A stretch of 64,000 bases of DNA from Felis catus (Eukaryota), in assembly GCF_018350175.1 (NCBI RefSeq), contig NC_058377.1, positions 100,750,001-100,814,000 on the forward strand, given 5' to 3'. The notes under the pieces were generated by a model, which was given only the letters and a program-made list of their open reading frames with translations, was not told where the DNA came from and did no database searches. Both the position numbers and the translations under genes were made by a program. This document shows positions 1 through 12,624 of the stretch, piece after piece (position 1 is the first letter of the stretch; each line of letters begins with the position of its first letter).

Positions 1-245
1 AGTGTCAGGAAATTAATTAATCACTCAATGCAATTTTGTCAAAGGTGTGGATTTTCAAAAGAGATTTGATTTATTATATGGAGAATTACTCAATGCTTCT
101 AGTAGAGGTGACAGTTCAAAGTATTTAGTCAATTCACCACATTTTGAAATCTACTGTTGTAATAAACCAGTTATTTGATCACTGATTTCTGGTCACTTCA
201 ATGTGTTATAAAAGAACTATGAGCAACAGGTGAAGAAACATAGTG

Positions 246-653
246 TTGTGGGTTGAATAGTGCCCCCCAAATATCCAAGTCCATCCAGAAGCTCAGAATA
301 TGACCTTATTTGAAAACAGGATCTTTACAGATGTAATAAAGGTGAAGATTGAGATGAGATCGCCCTGGATGAGGGTGGGCCCTAAATCCAATGAGTGTGT
401 CCTTATAAGAGACAGAAAAAGAACACATGGAGAGGTCTTTGTGAAGATTAGTGCTCTGCTGATACTGAGTAGGGGGCTCTAGGAGGATGCAAGGAAGACT
501 TCTCCCCTAGCATCTTCAGAGGGAGCAGGACCCTGCCAGCACCTTGATTTCAGGCTACTGGTCTTGAGAACTGTGAGGAAATGCATTGCCCTGGTTTAAG
601 CCACCACGTTTGTGATAACTTACTGCAGCAACTCTAAGAAACTTATCTAACAG
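246..653 (+). mobile_element. MLT1-type MaLR LTR
   Basis: TG..CA ends; MLT1 hallmarks ttgaatagtgcccccca, gaccttatttgaaaacagg, ccctaaatccaatga, ttcagagggagc, tttaagccacc. Confidence 0.75.
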
Positions 654-748
654 TAAACAGCAGACCATAAAATCCAAAATCCATAAATCCATTGGATTAC
701 CATGCTGGCATGATAAATCATTTCTCAATTCCATTTAAACATTGAGAA

Positions 749-1224
749 TGTTAGGTGATGAGATGTTTGTTTGTTTGTTGCTTGGTTGGTTGGTGGTTGG
801 TTTTTTTGGTGGTGATGGGGGCGGGGTTTCCCAGGATCCTGAGCTGATGGCCAATTCTTGAAGACGTCTTTGGTGCAAAAAGGTGATTTTATTAAAGCAC
901 AGGGACAGAACCCGTGGGCAGGAAGAGCTGCCCCAGGACCACAAGGAGAGACTAGTTATATACTATGGAGTTGGAAAGAGGTGAAGTCCAAGGGAAGTTT
1001 CCAGTGAGATTTTCAGATGCCAAAGAAGATTCCCAAGATAGCGGAGGCCTAGCTATTGTCAGGCTAAGGTTGTTTTTCCCTCTAGCAAATCATTAGCATT
1101 AAGACAGAAGGCAGTTCCCTGAGGAACATTTTGCTCTGGCTGCCTCAAGTATTTGTCAATGGGCTGCAGGTTATAAAGAAATTTAATTCCTTTGCCAGTT
1201 CCTTCTGCCTTTGTTTCATGCATC
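749..1224 (-). mobile_element. Probable carnivore ERV solo LTR
   Basis: Antisense polyA-signal (tttatta) and TATA (ttatata) arrangement typical of a reversed LTR; family not pinned down. Confidence 0.45.
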
Positions 1225-1429
1225 ATTAGGGTCATGGAGGAATTCTACAAAGTGGTGGCTAATTAGGAATGTAAATATGGAAGAATTAGTAATAAGCGGA
1301 GAGGCACTGTTTCTAAGACCTGGCCAAGTTCTTTGTTCCTTCTTCCAAGGGCTTTTTGTACTGTATTATAGTATTGGAAGTGATGTGAAACATGATGACG
1401 GAGTATCAAGTTAAAAGTATTTTATATGA

Positions 1430-1669
1430 GGGGCACCTGGGTGGCTCAGTCGGTTAAGCGTCTGACTTCAGCTTAGGTCACGATCTCGCGGTCCGTGAGT
1501 TCAAGCCCCGCGTCGGGCTCTGGGCTGGCGGCTCAGAGCCTGGAGCCTGCTTCGGATTCTGTGTCTTTCTCTCTCCCTGCCCCTCCCCCCACTCTTGCGC
1601 TCTCTCTCTCGCTCTCTCTCTCTCTCTGTCTTTTTCTGTCTCTCTTGCTCAAAAATAAACACTAAAAAA
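1430..1669 (+). mobile_element. CAN-SINE (SINEC_Fc)
   Basis: ggggcacctgggtggctcagtcgg head, (CT)n tract, A tail. Confidence 0.9.
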
Positions 1670-2884
1670 GATTTTTTTTTCAAAAAGACATCAGATATGT
1701 TTAAGTTTAAAAATTTTAATTTAGATACTAAAAAAGAAAAAAAGATAATAAATCATTGCCTACTATTGAAGGTTGCTGGGGTGTCAAGGCATTGCTCTGA
1801 AAACTGATAAATAAGGGAAATAAATATTTATTTTGTCTTTCTATTATGAGTTGCATTTCAGGGTTACCTAACAGTTTGTGAGGGGAAATTCAGGGAGAGT
1901 AAAAGCAGAAAAGAGGATGGAATTAGAAAATCGCGATTTCAGAACTCCTAATGTTAAAACATGCACCAAGGCAATGGTTTCAAGAAATACTAAAATCATT
2001 ACGCAAAATGTTGGTGGGGAATGCTAAAATGAGGTGATCTAGCTGACAGGACCTGCATCCACAGATGGGACCGAGGATCCCTAGAAGACGATCAGTTAAC
2101 AGGTGCTTTTGTGATCCAATGCCATGGGAGGAATCAGAACCACGTCTGAACAATGCTTGCCGAAGAGAAGTTACAAGACTGAATCGGAACTAATAAAGCT
2201 TCTTGAGGTGTCAGTTTATAAAACCCAGGGCAGGAACAAGTCAAATGACACCAATTAAAGCAGTAAGCCCAATGCAGAGAATGCAGCCTTCTGCAAAGGG
2301 TCCAAGTCTTCCGCAAAATTACCTGAACGCACATACCGGTCCACATGTGTGTGCATGCCCGAGCGCCCCGCCCCCAGGGAACTGTTACATGATACATTGA
2401 GCATTTACATAATAAAGGAAACTGAGTTATAACAACAGAATACGTGTAGAATTTTGTAAGGATATATTTTTTGTTAGGTGAAATTTTGACGAGGGTATTT
2501 ACTCAAATGTTCATTGTACCAACTGTCACACTTTTCATAAGTTCCTATTAATGACTCAGTTGTCTTAGCAAGTGGATTGATAGAGAAATATAATATTCCG
2601 TAAATATTATTATATTGTAGAGGACTCAAATTAATAAGACTGGAAGTCAGGGACTCACTGTCCATTAAATGCTCTGGCCCTCAGGACAAAGAGCAAGCCA
2701 CATTAGTCTTGTTTTCCAGGCTGCACACGGGACTCTTGGCCAAGAAATACATTTAGGATGGAAAAAAACAATCAGCACGGCCAGCAGTTCTTGTGGATCT
2801 TGTTTTGAGGCTTCTAACATTGGCTCAAGGGCTTTTTGTTTCCTTGAATATTTTCAAAAGAAAAAAAACATTAACTTTTAAAAT

Positions 2885-3081
2885 AAGTTTTTATAATTTT
2901 ATTTTGAGAGAGACAGAAACAGGGCAAGCGGTCAAGGGCAGAGAGAGGGGAGAGAGAGAAAATCCCAGGCAGGCTCTGTGCTGCCAGCATGGAGCCTTAT
3001 GTGGGGCTCGAAGCCATGAGATCATTATCTGAGCAGAAACCAAAGTCGGACGCTTAACTGACTGAGCCACCCAGGCGCCCC
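2885..3081 (-). mobile_element. CAN-SINE
   Basis: Reversed head gagccacccaggcgcccc. Confidence 0.85.
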
Positions 3082-3442
3082 GCCGTTAAACTTTTAAAAA
3101 TTACATCGATAAACCTTTTTTATTCTTAAGCTATATCATCTCAGATTATTTCTGCAGAGCGGAAATTATTCAATGATAATTTCTTAATGAAAATGTACTA
3201 TAAAAGTATTCCACTAATGGCATCCCATATTTTGTTATTGTTCCAATACGCACTTAGTAGCATAAACAGAGCTTTAAAGAACACCCATTGATATACCCAA
3301 GTAGGCTTCCTTCTTTTCCTTTCTGCCATGAATAATGTCACTTGGAAATATCCAAGTTATAATTTTGCAAGCAGATTTAGAAAGCACAAAACATCACGAC
3401 GAACTGATTAATTATTGGGATGCGTAAAAACACGGTGTGTAT

Positions 3443-4177
3443 TTTTTTTTTAAGTTTTTACTTAAATTCCAATTAGTTAACATACGATGTAATATTAGTT
3501 TCAGGTATAGAATTCAGTGATTCATCACTTACATACAACACCTAGTGCTCATCACAAGTGCCCTCCTTAGTACCCATCACCCATTTCACTCATCCCCCCA
3601 CCCACCCCCGCTCCAGCAGCCCTCAGTTCCTTTCTATAGTTAAGAGTTTGTTTTCCTGGTTTGCCTCTCTTTTTCCCCCCACATTCATCTGTTTTGTTTC
3701 TGACAGAAACAAAATAAATAAAATAAATGAAATCATATAGTATTTGTCTTTCTCTGACTGACTTATTTTGGTTAGCATAATACTCTCTATCTCCATCAAC
3801 TGCAGGTGTTGCTGAGGATGTAGAAAAAGGGGAACCCTCTTACACTGTTGGTGGGAATGCAAACTGGTGCAGTCACTCTGGAAACAGTATGGACATTCCT
3901 CAATAAGTTAAAACCAGAACTACCCAACGACCCAGCAATTGCGCTATTAAATATCTATCCAAAGGACACAAAAATACTGATTTGAAGGAATACACATACT
4001 CTGATGTTTATAATGGCATTATCTAAAAGAGCCAAACTATGGAAATCACCCAAATGTCCACGGATTGATGACTGGATAAAGAGGAGTATATATGTCTAGA
4101 CATATATCATAGACATAGACACTCACACAATGGAATCTTGCTCTGCCATAAAAAAAGAACAAAATCTTGCCATTTGC
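3443..4177 (-). mobile_element. 5'-truncated L1 with 5' inversion (twin priming)
   Basis: Reversed L1 3'UTR 3443-3797 followed by forward ORF2-end sequence 3798-4177. Confidence 0.8.
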
Positions 4178-4335
4178 TGAGTATGCATTTGAAAATAAGT
4201 AGTATTTGCTGTTTCCTTTGCCCCAAACTCCACACTCTTTCCCCCAATGTTTGTACGTCTTCCTCTCTCACTTCATCATGGTACAGGCTCAAATAGTACC
4301 TCACTGTGGTCTTGTCTGGCCTCCTTATTTAAAAT

Positions 4336-4557
4336 GGGGCACCTGGGTGGCTCAGTTAAGCTTCTGACTTTGGCTCAAGTCATAATCTCATGGTTCATGA
4401 GTTTGAGCCCCGCATCGGGCCGGCTCTGTGCTGACAGCTCAGAACCTGGAGCCTGCTTCAGATTCTGTGTCTCCTTCTCTTTCTGCCCCTCCCTTCCTCA
4501 CACCATGTGTCTCACTCTCTCAAAAATAAGTAAACATTAAATAATTTTTAAAAAAAT
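4336..4557 (+). mobile_element. CAN-SINE
   Basis: Head, CT tract and A tail. Confidence 0.88.
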
Positions 4558-5488
4558 GATATCTTCAGTTATATACTTATAGCATTTATAATTACTAAAA
4601 AATGATCACATATTTATTTGTACTCCCCATTAAATAGAAATTTGTTGACAAAGGGACATTCTTTCTCTTCTTCCCCAATATCTAAGATAGTACCTAGCTC
4701 ATTATAAACTTATAATACATAATTACTTACCCTCATCAGGTACCCAACCACTTTTCCCTGGTTCCTGTAGCAAAACACAAAATTCAGAGAACAGTCCTTG
4801 CTTTAATTCTGAGCATGTACAACCTTCAGTCTTTATTCAATTGTATTGCTTGTTACTACAGAGAAATTATACATCTTTTGAAAGAAAAGTTTTAATGTGA
4901 TCCACTTCCTTATTATTCTTATATCAACAGTGTAGCCTTGTATTTAATGGATATGTAAAAAACGTTTGCCAAATGCATCAATGCGATAAAACTTTAACAA
5001 AACTACCTGTAAATTTTTCTAAAGGAGAATACTTGAGATATTTTCCATTTGCCGTTAATTTCACCATGCTGCTCCTGATGTTGAAAATGTCAAGATTTCT
5101 GATATAATAAACCTGATAAAGACAGGAAGTTGAGAGGAGTGTAAATTTCTTTTGGTTTGTTTGTATTCTGTTTTGTTGTGATTGAAGTTTCAAGAATCAC
5201 TTCTAAAACATCCTTATCATTCTTTGTGAACTATCTCCTCTCTGCACTGAAATTCCTCATAGTTCTGGTAGTTTGGCTCTATTCCCAGTTCCTTTGGAAG
5301 GCCATATTTATTGTTCAATGAAGAATCATGGTGCACTGACTTTATGCTACTCATTCATCTAAGAGCTTGGGATATATTAGTGAACAAAGCAATGAATGAT
5401 CTCTGCTTTCCTGGAACTTTTATCTTAGCAGAAGAAAACAAGCAATGTACAAATAAAGAAATAAGTAAGGATTAAAATATATATTTGA

Positions 5489-5699
5489 GGGGCTCCTGGA
5501 GGCTCAGTTGGTAAGCATCCAACTCTTGACTTTGGCTCAGCTCATGATCTCAAGATTCGTGAGCTCAAGCCCTGCCTGGGACTCTGGGCTGATGGTGTAG
5601 AGCCTGCTTGGGTTTCTCCCTCTCTCTCTCTCTCTCTCTCTCTGCCCCTCCCCCCACTCACACACACACACTCTTGCTCTCAAAATAAATAAATAAAGT
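5489..5699 (+). mobile_element. CAN-SINE, unit 1-specific
   Basis: TSD-like aaatat(at)atttga; empty site near 41790. Confidence 0.85.
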
Positions 5700-6248
5700 A
5701 AATATATTTGAAACATGTGAAGTACTTTAAACACTATATTGGGTAGTAGAGTAGCCCCAGTGGTAAAACAGTATGTTTTGGAGGGTATCACTGAAAAGCT
5801 GCGTTTGAACAAAAACTTAAGGGAAAGCATTTCAGTGTGCAGGAAACAGGAGAAAAGACCATAAAGAAAGAGTCGGTAATATTTTTTGGAAAACATAAAG
5901 CAAAACACAAAAACAAAGAGGTCAGACTAGATTGAAGAAGCAGAGGTGGTTAGGAGTAATAGAATAGGACAAGGTTTCAAAGGGACTATTTTCCCAACTC
6001 GATATTTAACTTTTTAAATATTTCTGCTTTAACTCTCAGTGAATCATGATGACCTAAAGGAAGGATATTCACCCTTCTCCAACAGGGTCAGAGTGGATGG
6101 CAGGGAGGAAGACACTTATGCCTGCTATATGGTAGCCACTCAATATTTGATAAGGATGGTTTTTATAATTCCATAACTTTTATAATGGTTGTAGGTATAT
6201 ATGGGACTAATCAGGGGTTGGAGAAGTGATTTTAAAATATAACATTTT

Positions 6249-6455
6249 GGGGGCACCTGGATGGCTCAGTTGGCTAAGTGTCTGACTCTTGGTTTTGGCT
6301 CAGGTCATGATCTCATGGTTCATGAGTTCAAGCCCCACACTGGGCTCTGTGCTGACAGTGTGGAGCCTGCTTGGTATTCTCTCTCTCTCCCTGTCTCTCT
6401 GCCCCTCCCACACACTCTCTCTCTCCTTTTCTTCCAGACTAAATTAATAAAATCT
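6249..6455 (+). mobile_element. CAN-SINE shared with 42340
   Basis: Near-identical copy at 42340-42548 with the same flanks. Confidence 0.88.
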
Positions 6456-6489
6456 AAAATACATTTATATAATTTTTTGTATAAAATTT

Positions 6490-6630
6490 TCCTAATGCTG
6501 CTCCAGGGTTTCAAGCATTACGTCAGAGAAAAATGATTAATTTTAATTGTTTATTTCATGACCTCAAGAGAATGGGGCAAGACATAATCTCTAGGGCTCA
6601 TGTCCCAAAGGTTGTACTATAGATATAAGA
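6490..6630 (+). promoter_or_regulatory. Candidate OR5D18 promoter (homeodomain plus O/E-like sites)
   Basis: TAATGC and TAATTG followed by ctccaggg, cctcaagag, tctctaggg, tcccaaagg and a TATA-like tatagatataa; donor-like gtaagt near 6957; conserved at ~42580-42720. Confidence 0.45.
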
Positions 6631-8543
6631 ATATATCCATCAGTCCCAACCAAGAGTGGCCTTACCTTTGCCATTAGCAGGTTTGTTTTCAGATTCTAGA
6701 GACCGATTGATATTAATTTCAATGTAGGGATCTGGGAAGCAGCACGGTGGGGGAAACTTACCCTTAGATCTGGACAGTTCTTGAGAATTATTTAGTCACT
6801 GCAGAAGTAACATATCTGGAACATGCAAGGAAAAGAAAGTGCATTTATGCTACACGGTTTTGTCTTAGAAGGCCTGGCTCAGATAAACAAGGGCTACCCT
6901 GGGTGGGAGGATAGAAGAGGTTCGAGAACTTCAGGAATGTGCATTGTTCTGTTTCTGTAAGTTATGGAAGAAATAGTCAAGGTAAGATAGAGAAGATTTA
7001 AGTAAAATGAAACTAGCAGATATTGAATACACTCTCTAGTGAAAAAAATTAAAAGGGACCAGCTTTAATTAAGACGATAAAGCAGAAAAAAATAGAGAAA
7101 AATTAGAACAAAATAGGGAAAACAAAGGTAAGAAAATTTCAGCTGTTATATTTCTTGGACTCAATGGTAGAGAAAGATTTTACCAACAATTTAATAATAG
7201 TATTTGGGATGCAAGAATCATCATGTTGAATATCACATTCATTTAAAATAAAACCTGAAAAGCCTTAGTAAGTTAAATATTATATTAAGCAAGAAGTGTG
7301 ATAATGAGAACATCTAGCTTCATGATGGATGTCTTTTGAGGTTGTCTTTAATACTCAGATGTATGACTATAGGGACAGAGAGGTCCTTTAAGCTCTCAGT
7401 CTTGAATATGATCTGATATCTTTATTGATGGGCCATCTGAAACTATTTCTTGGGTTGTGGGACCAAAGATAACCTTACCATTGAGAGGATTAAGAGTTTT
7501 CTGCTGTGGTAAGATCTTAGAGGTGTTGGGCACCAACTGGAGAAGTACAATGATACTTTTGTATTACTATTTTCTTCTAAAATGCCTTCATAGTGTATTA
7601 CTACCTCGAGTGTTTAAAAAATCCTTCTCCTTCACAGATACTATATGGACAGAATGAATATCCTGCATGTCTTGAAGGGAAAGGAGAGGTGAGAAAAGAG
7701 AGAGAAAGAGAGAGATTCCTAGGCAAGGAAAGTTTCTAAGTCACTTATTACTACTTTAGTTATTTCTGAGAGAGGAAATTTCCCTAATTCTTGTTCTTAT
7801 TTCATCATGATGCTGATTTCTAGTGCAGCTCTTTGGTCTGTACATTGTCAGTAGACTATTTCCCATAGGCCCAGAGACTCTGGCTTGTCACAAATTACAA
7901 GTATGATCATCAATAAAAGAAATATCTTGGTATCTAGACCTGGAACAGGGGTCAGAGTCTGGTGTGGAGGAATGGACATATGGTTGGGATTCTTATCAAG
8001 GCTCTAGTGGCAGGTATGTAGATTGGTCATTATTGGCATGTCATTGGGAAAGTCAAGGTGTCTCCAGAAGTTTTGTCACCTCTAGAACAAGGAAGTAGAC
8101 ATGATTATCTTTAGCATCTAATCTAATTATTTATCAAGTAATGAGGTCACATTGACAATTTGGAGCCCATTAGTTGAGGAGAATACTCTGAAAAAATGAA
8201 TTAAGGTTTATTTTGATATCAGATTCACTGAGTCAGAAAGAAAAAGATTAATGTGTTGTATGAAATGAATAATAAAGGCAAAAATATAAAATGTTAAAGG
8301 TGTTTATGCTTAATGTCACAGTGTAAACCTCTGATGTAAAAATTAATTTGGAAATTTCTCATGTTTGTACTGCTTATAGGGCTGACATAATCAGTCATTA
8401 TATTATATTAGGTGTGTCTTTTATGCACTTATAATGTGCAAGGAAGGCTGAAAGGGTTATGCTAATATTTGATTTAAAATAACCATAAATCCCTTTATCT
8501 CATACTTTTATATGTAAATATTAAAAATTACAGTTAAGAATTT

Positions 8544-8763
8544 ATTTTTTTTTTCAAGGTTTGTTTATTTATTTTTTTGGGACAGAGAGAGACAGAGCAT
8601 GAACGGGGGAGGGGCAGAGAGAGAGGGAGACACAGAATCAGAAGTAGGCTCCAGGCTCCGAGCCATCAGCCCAGAGCCTGACGCGGGGCTTGAACTCACG
8701 GACCGCGAGATCGTGACCTGGCTGAAGTCGGACGCTTAACCGACTGCGCCACCCAGGCGCCCC
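8544..8763 (-). mobile_element. Young SINEC_Fc, unit 1-specific
   Basis: TSD tacagttaagaattta. Confidence 0.92.
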
Positions 8764-8786
8764 TACAGTTAAGAATTTAAACAACT

Positions 8787-8894
8787 TTTAAAGATTTTAT
8801 TTTTATGTAATCTCTACACCCAACATGGGGTTCGAACTTACAATGCCAAGACCAAGAGTCACATGCTCTACTGGTTGAGTCAGTCAGGCATCCC
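8787..8894 (-). mobile_element. Old short CAN-SINE (paralog ~44200-44567)
   Basis: taatctctacacccaac..gagtcacatgctcta..caggcatccc. Confidence 0.7.
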
Positions 8895-9146
8895 GAGAAC
8901 TTAAAAAATTTTAATTCAGTAATTGTATTACTTTTAAACTTAATGAACATTTCAAAAATGATTTTGTGTTTTCAAATATTAGACATTTAGCATATCTTAC
9001 ATGAAAATACATAGAGAAATTATGAAAAGATATTTTGCTTCATCTTCCAGTCTTGGTAAGGGGTAGTTAGGAAGCTTTTTAGATGTTCACTCCCTTACTA
9101 TTTTTATTTTCAGGACCGATTCAGACTCTGGCAAACAGAAACCATC

Positions 9147-10082
9147 ATGTTACTGTCAGAGAGAAATAAAACTGGGGCTGTGTTCACTCTCTTGGGCTTC
9201 TCAGATTACCCAGAACTGCAAGTCCCTCTCTTCTTGATTTTTTTGGCCATCTACAGTGTCACTGTTGTAGGAAATATTGGGATGATAGTTATAATCAAGA
9301 TTAACTCCAAACTGCACACCCCCATGTACTTTTTCCTCAGCCACCTCTCATTTGTGGATTTCTGCTATTCCTCCATCATTGTTCCCAAGACCCTGGCAAA
9401 CCTAGTTGTAGAAGACAGGACCATTTCATTTCCAGGATGTATAGTACAATATTTTTTCTTTTGTACCTTTGTGGTAGCTGAATCCTTTTTATTGGCTGTG
9501 ATGGCCTATGACCGCTTTGTGGCCATCTGCAAACCTCTGCTCTACACAGTGGCCATGTCCCAGAAATTCTGTGCCATGCTGGTGGTTGGATCATACGCAT
9601 GGGGAGTAGCATGTTCCCTGATACTCATATGTTCTGCTATCAGGTTATCTTTCCAGGGTTTCAACACAATCAATCACTTCTTCTGTGAGTTCTCTGCATT
9701 GCTGTCCCTGTCTTGCTCTGATATTTACATCAATCAGTTGCTGCTTTTCATTTTTGCCACCTTCAACGTGGTCAGCACACTGCTTATCATTCTCATGTCT
9801 TATGTATTTATCATTGTCACCATCCTCAAGATGCGTTCAGCCAGTGGTCGTCGCAAAGCCTTCTCCACCTGTGCCTCCCACCTGACAGCCATCACCATCT
9901 TCTATGGGACCATTGTCTTCCTCTACTGTGTTCCTAACTCCAAAAACTCGAGGAACACAGTGAAAGTGGCGTCTGTGTTTTACACAGTGGTGATCCCTAT
10001 GCTGAATCCCTTGATCTACAGTCTGAGAAATAAAGACATCAAGGATACAGTCAGCAAGATAACTGAAGCCTTTTCTTTTTGA
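9147..10082 (+). CDS. OR5D18: Olfactory receptor, OR5D18-like (copy 1), 311 aa
   Basis: Intact ORF with OR motifs [48 protein letters not shown]-terminus [10 protein letters not shown] and CVPNSKNSR match human OR5D18 as I recall it. Splice acceptor tttttattttcag ends at 9113. Confidence 0.93.
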   Translation: MLLSERNKTGAVFTLLGFSDYPELQVPLFLIFLAIYSVTVVGNIGMIVIIKINSKLHTPMYFFLSHLSFVDFCYSSIIVPKTLANLVVEDRTISFPGCIVQYFFFCTFVVAESFLLAVMAYDRFVAICKPLLYTVAMSQKFCAMLVVGSYAWGVACSLILICSAIRLSFQGFNTINHFFCEFSALLSLSCSDIYINQLLLFIFATFNVVSTLLIILMSYVFIIVTILKMRSASGRRKAFSTCASHLTAITIFYGTIVFLYCVPNSKNSRNTVKVASVFYTVVIPMLNPLIYSLRNKDIKDTVSKITEAFSF

Positions 10083-10810
10083 GCATATTATTGCAGTACA
10101 TTGTCCTTGAAATGTAAATCAAGTGGGCCCATAATTGTTGATTGTAAGATAAGTTTAAATATAATGAAGAGTTGATGTACAATGGATTGGATGTGGATTT
10201 TGATCCAAGAGACTTACCTTGATGTTATCTTTTGCTCACTGGAAAAAAAAAATCAGAAGCCTCTCTGACCTTTGGTTTTTAATCCAAAAAATTGAGATAA
10301 TATAAACTAGCCTCTATTCTGATTCTGAAGACTAAAACTTAATTTAGATATCATGTGAAATACCTTGTATAATCTCAGTAATCATTAATTTTATTCCCCT
10401 TTCTTATAACATACCTCAAGTAGATTAGGTCTCAGTAAACTCATAAATATATCTCCAAAAGTGCAACTAGCAGTTAAAATAAAACATAGTCTTCATCTCC
10501 AAGGAATGCACAGTCCAGTGTCGACAGTAGGACAGTGAAGAAAGTGGCCATTGTATAAGGTGGGAAATAAAAAGTATCATAGAGTTTTTGAAAGAAAGAA
10601 AAGTTCAAGTCCATTTAGGGACTTTAGAGTAATGACTGCAAAAAATAGGTATCACCTGAACTTGGCTTTGGATAACAAATTGGACAGTTTCAGGAGACAA
10701 CAGGTATGAGTTTCATTCAGAAGAGCAAAGCATCACAAAATCATGAGGTCAGAATGTAATACTGAATCAGTAATCTAAAAAGTATTTTATTGAGTGATTA
10801 CTATATAACA

Positions 10811-10886
10811 TGTGTGTGTGTGTGTGTGTGTGTGTTGTGTGTGTGTGTTGTGTGTGTGTGTTGTGTGTGTGTGTTGTATTGTGTGT
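10811..10886. repeat. Interrupted (TG)n microsatellite (paralog 46487-46570)
   Basis: Direct observation. Confidence 0.9.
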
Positions 10887-11036
10887 CTAGGTTACTTGGC
10901 ATGAGTGGAAATTTAATAAGACATTGTCTAGATCCTGAATGTGTTTCAAAGGAGCTCCATTGTGGCAGTGTGATAAGTTATGATGACATACATCAAAGGC
11001 TTTTAAAGATGTTAGACTGGATTTCAGGAAATCTCT

Positions 11037-11249
11037 TTTTTTAATTTTTAAAAATTTTTTGAGACAGAGAGATAGAGAGAGGAAATGAGTGGGAGAGAGG
11101 GGCAGAGAGAGAGAGAGACAGAGAATCTTAAGCAATCTCCATGCTCATCATGGAGCCTGATGTGGGGTCAATCCTACAACCCTTGGATCATGACCTGAGC
11201 TGAAATCAAGATCAGCATGGCTCACCCAGCTGAGCTATCCAAGTGCCCC
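11037..11249 (-). mobile_element. Older CAN-SINE (paralog ~46700-47135)
   Basis: Reversed SINE shared by both duplication units. Confidence 0.75.
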
Positions 11250-11437
11250 TGGATTTCAGAAAAACTTACGCAAAGAATAAGCATGATGAGTGTCTGCCCA
11301 ACCTGTCTTTCATAGTAACATTCTGCCTATGAAGACATCACAAACATTATCAATCCTTTATCATTTTTTTTTCCTGAACATGAACATAATCTCTGACTCC
11401 TTCTCAACTGAACTCCCCCCTTAAGAAAAAGTGCTCA

Positions 11438-11637
11438 GAGTCTCCTGGTGGCTCAGTCGGTTAAGCCCCTGACTTTGTCTCAGGTCTTGATCTCAGGGTT
11501 CATGAGTTGGAGCCCTTACATCAGGCTCTCTGGTCTCAGTGTGGAGCCCACTTTGAATCTTCTGTCCCCCTCTCTCTCTTCCCCTCCCTGGCATGCTTTC
11601 TCTCTCTGTCTCTCAAAAATAAAACAAACATTAAAAA
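11438..11637 (+). mobile_element. CAN-SINE, unit 1-specific
   Basis: TSD-like aaaaa[g/c]tgctca; empty site near 47320. Confidence 0.82.
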
Positions 11638-12624
11638 ACTGCTCAAAACCAATTGCTTCCATAACTATTCAAAAATAAAATAAAGTCAGATAGTGTATAG
11701 GAAGATGGCGGCGTAGGAGGACGCTGGGCTCACCGCACGTCCTGCTGATCACTTAGATTCCACCTACACCTGCCTAAATAACCCAGAAAACTGCCAGAGG
11801 ATTAGCAGAACAGAGTCGCCGGAGCCAAGCGCAGACGAGAGGCCCACGGAAGAGGGTAGGAAGGGCGGCGAGGCGGTGCGCACTCCACGGACTGGCGGGA
11901 GGGAGCCGGGGCAGAGGGGCGGCTCGCCGGCCAAGCAGAGCCCCCGAGTCTGGCTTGCAAAAGCGGAGGGGCCTGACAGACTGTGTTCCCACAGCAAACG
12001 CGACTTAGCGTCTGGGAGGACATAAGTTAGCAGCTCTGCTCGGAAAGCGGGAAGGCTGGAGGAAAAGGCAGGGAGAGCTGCTGAGGTCCCTGACGACAGA
12101 GGTCAGTTTGGTGGGGAACAAAGGCGCTCGCCAGTGCCATCTCCCTCGCCCATCCCCCAGCCAAAATCCCAAAGAGAACCAGTTCCTGCCAGGGAACTTG
12201 CTGGCTCCGTGCAAACACCCAACTCTGTGCTTCTGTGGAGCCAAACCTCCGGCAGCGGCAGCGGATCTGACTCCCTCCTGCTGCCACAGGGCCCCTCCTG
12301 AAGTGGATCACCTAAGGATAAGCGAGCTGAGCCTGCCCCTCCCACCCCTGTGCACCTTGCCTACCCACCCCAGCTAATACGCCAGATCCCCAGCACCACA
12401 ACCCTGGCAGTGTGCAAGTAGCCCAGACAGGCCACGCCACCCCACAGTGAATCCCGCCCCTAGGAGAGGGGAAGAGAAGGCACACACCAGTCTGATTGTG
12501 GCCCCAGCGGTGGGCTGGGGGCAGACATCAGGTCTGACTGTGGCCCCGCCCACCAACTCCAGTTATACACCACAGCACAGGGGAAGTGCCCTGCAGGTCC
12601 TCACCACGCCAGGGACTATCCAAA

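Noticed and set aside
1430-1510. tRNA-like A/B boxes, repeated about 25 times in the window
   Set aside because: These are heads of tRNA-derived CAN-SINEs, not tRNA genes. The MAQSVK..AQSLEP ORFs are SINE translations.
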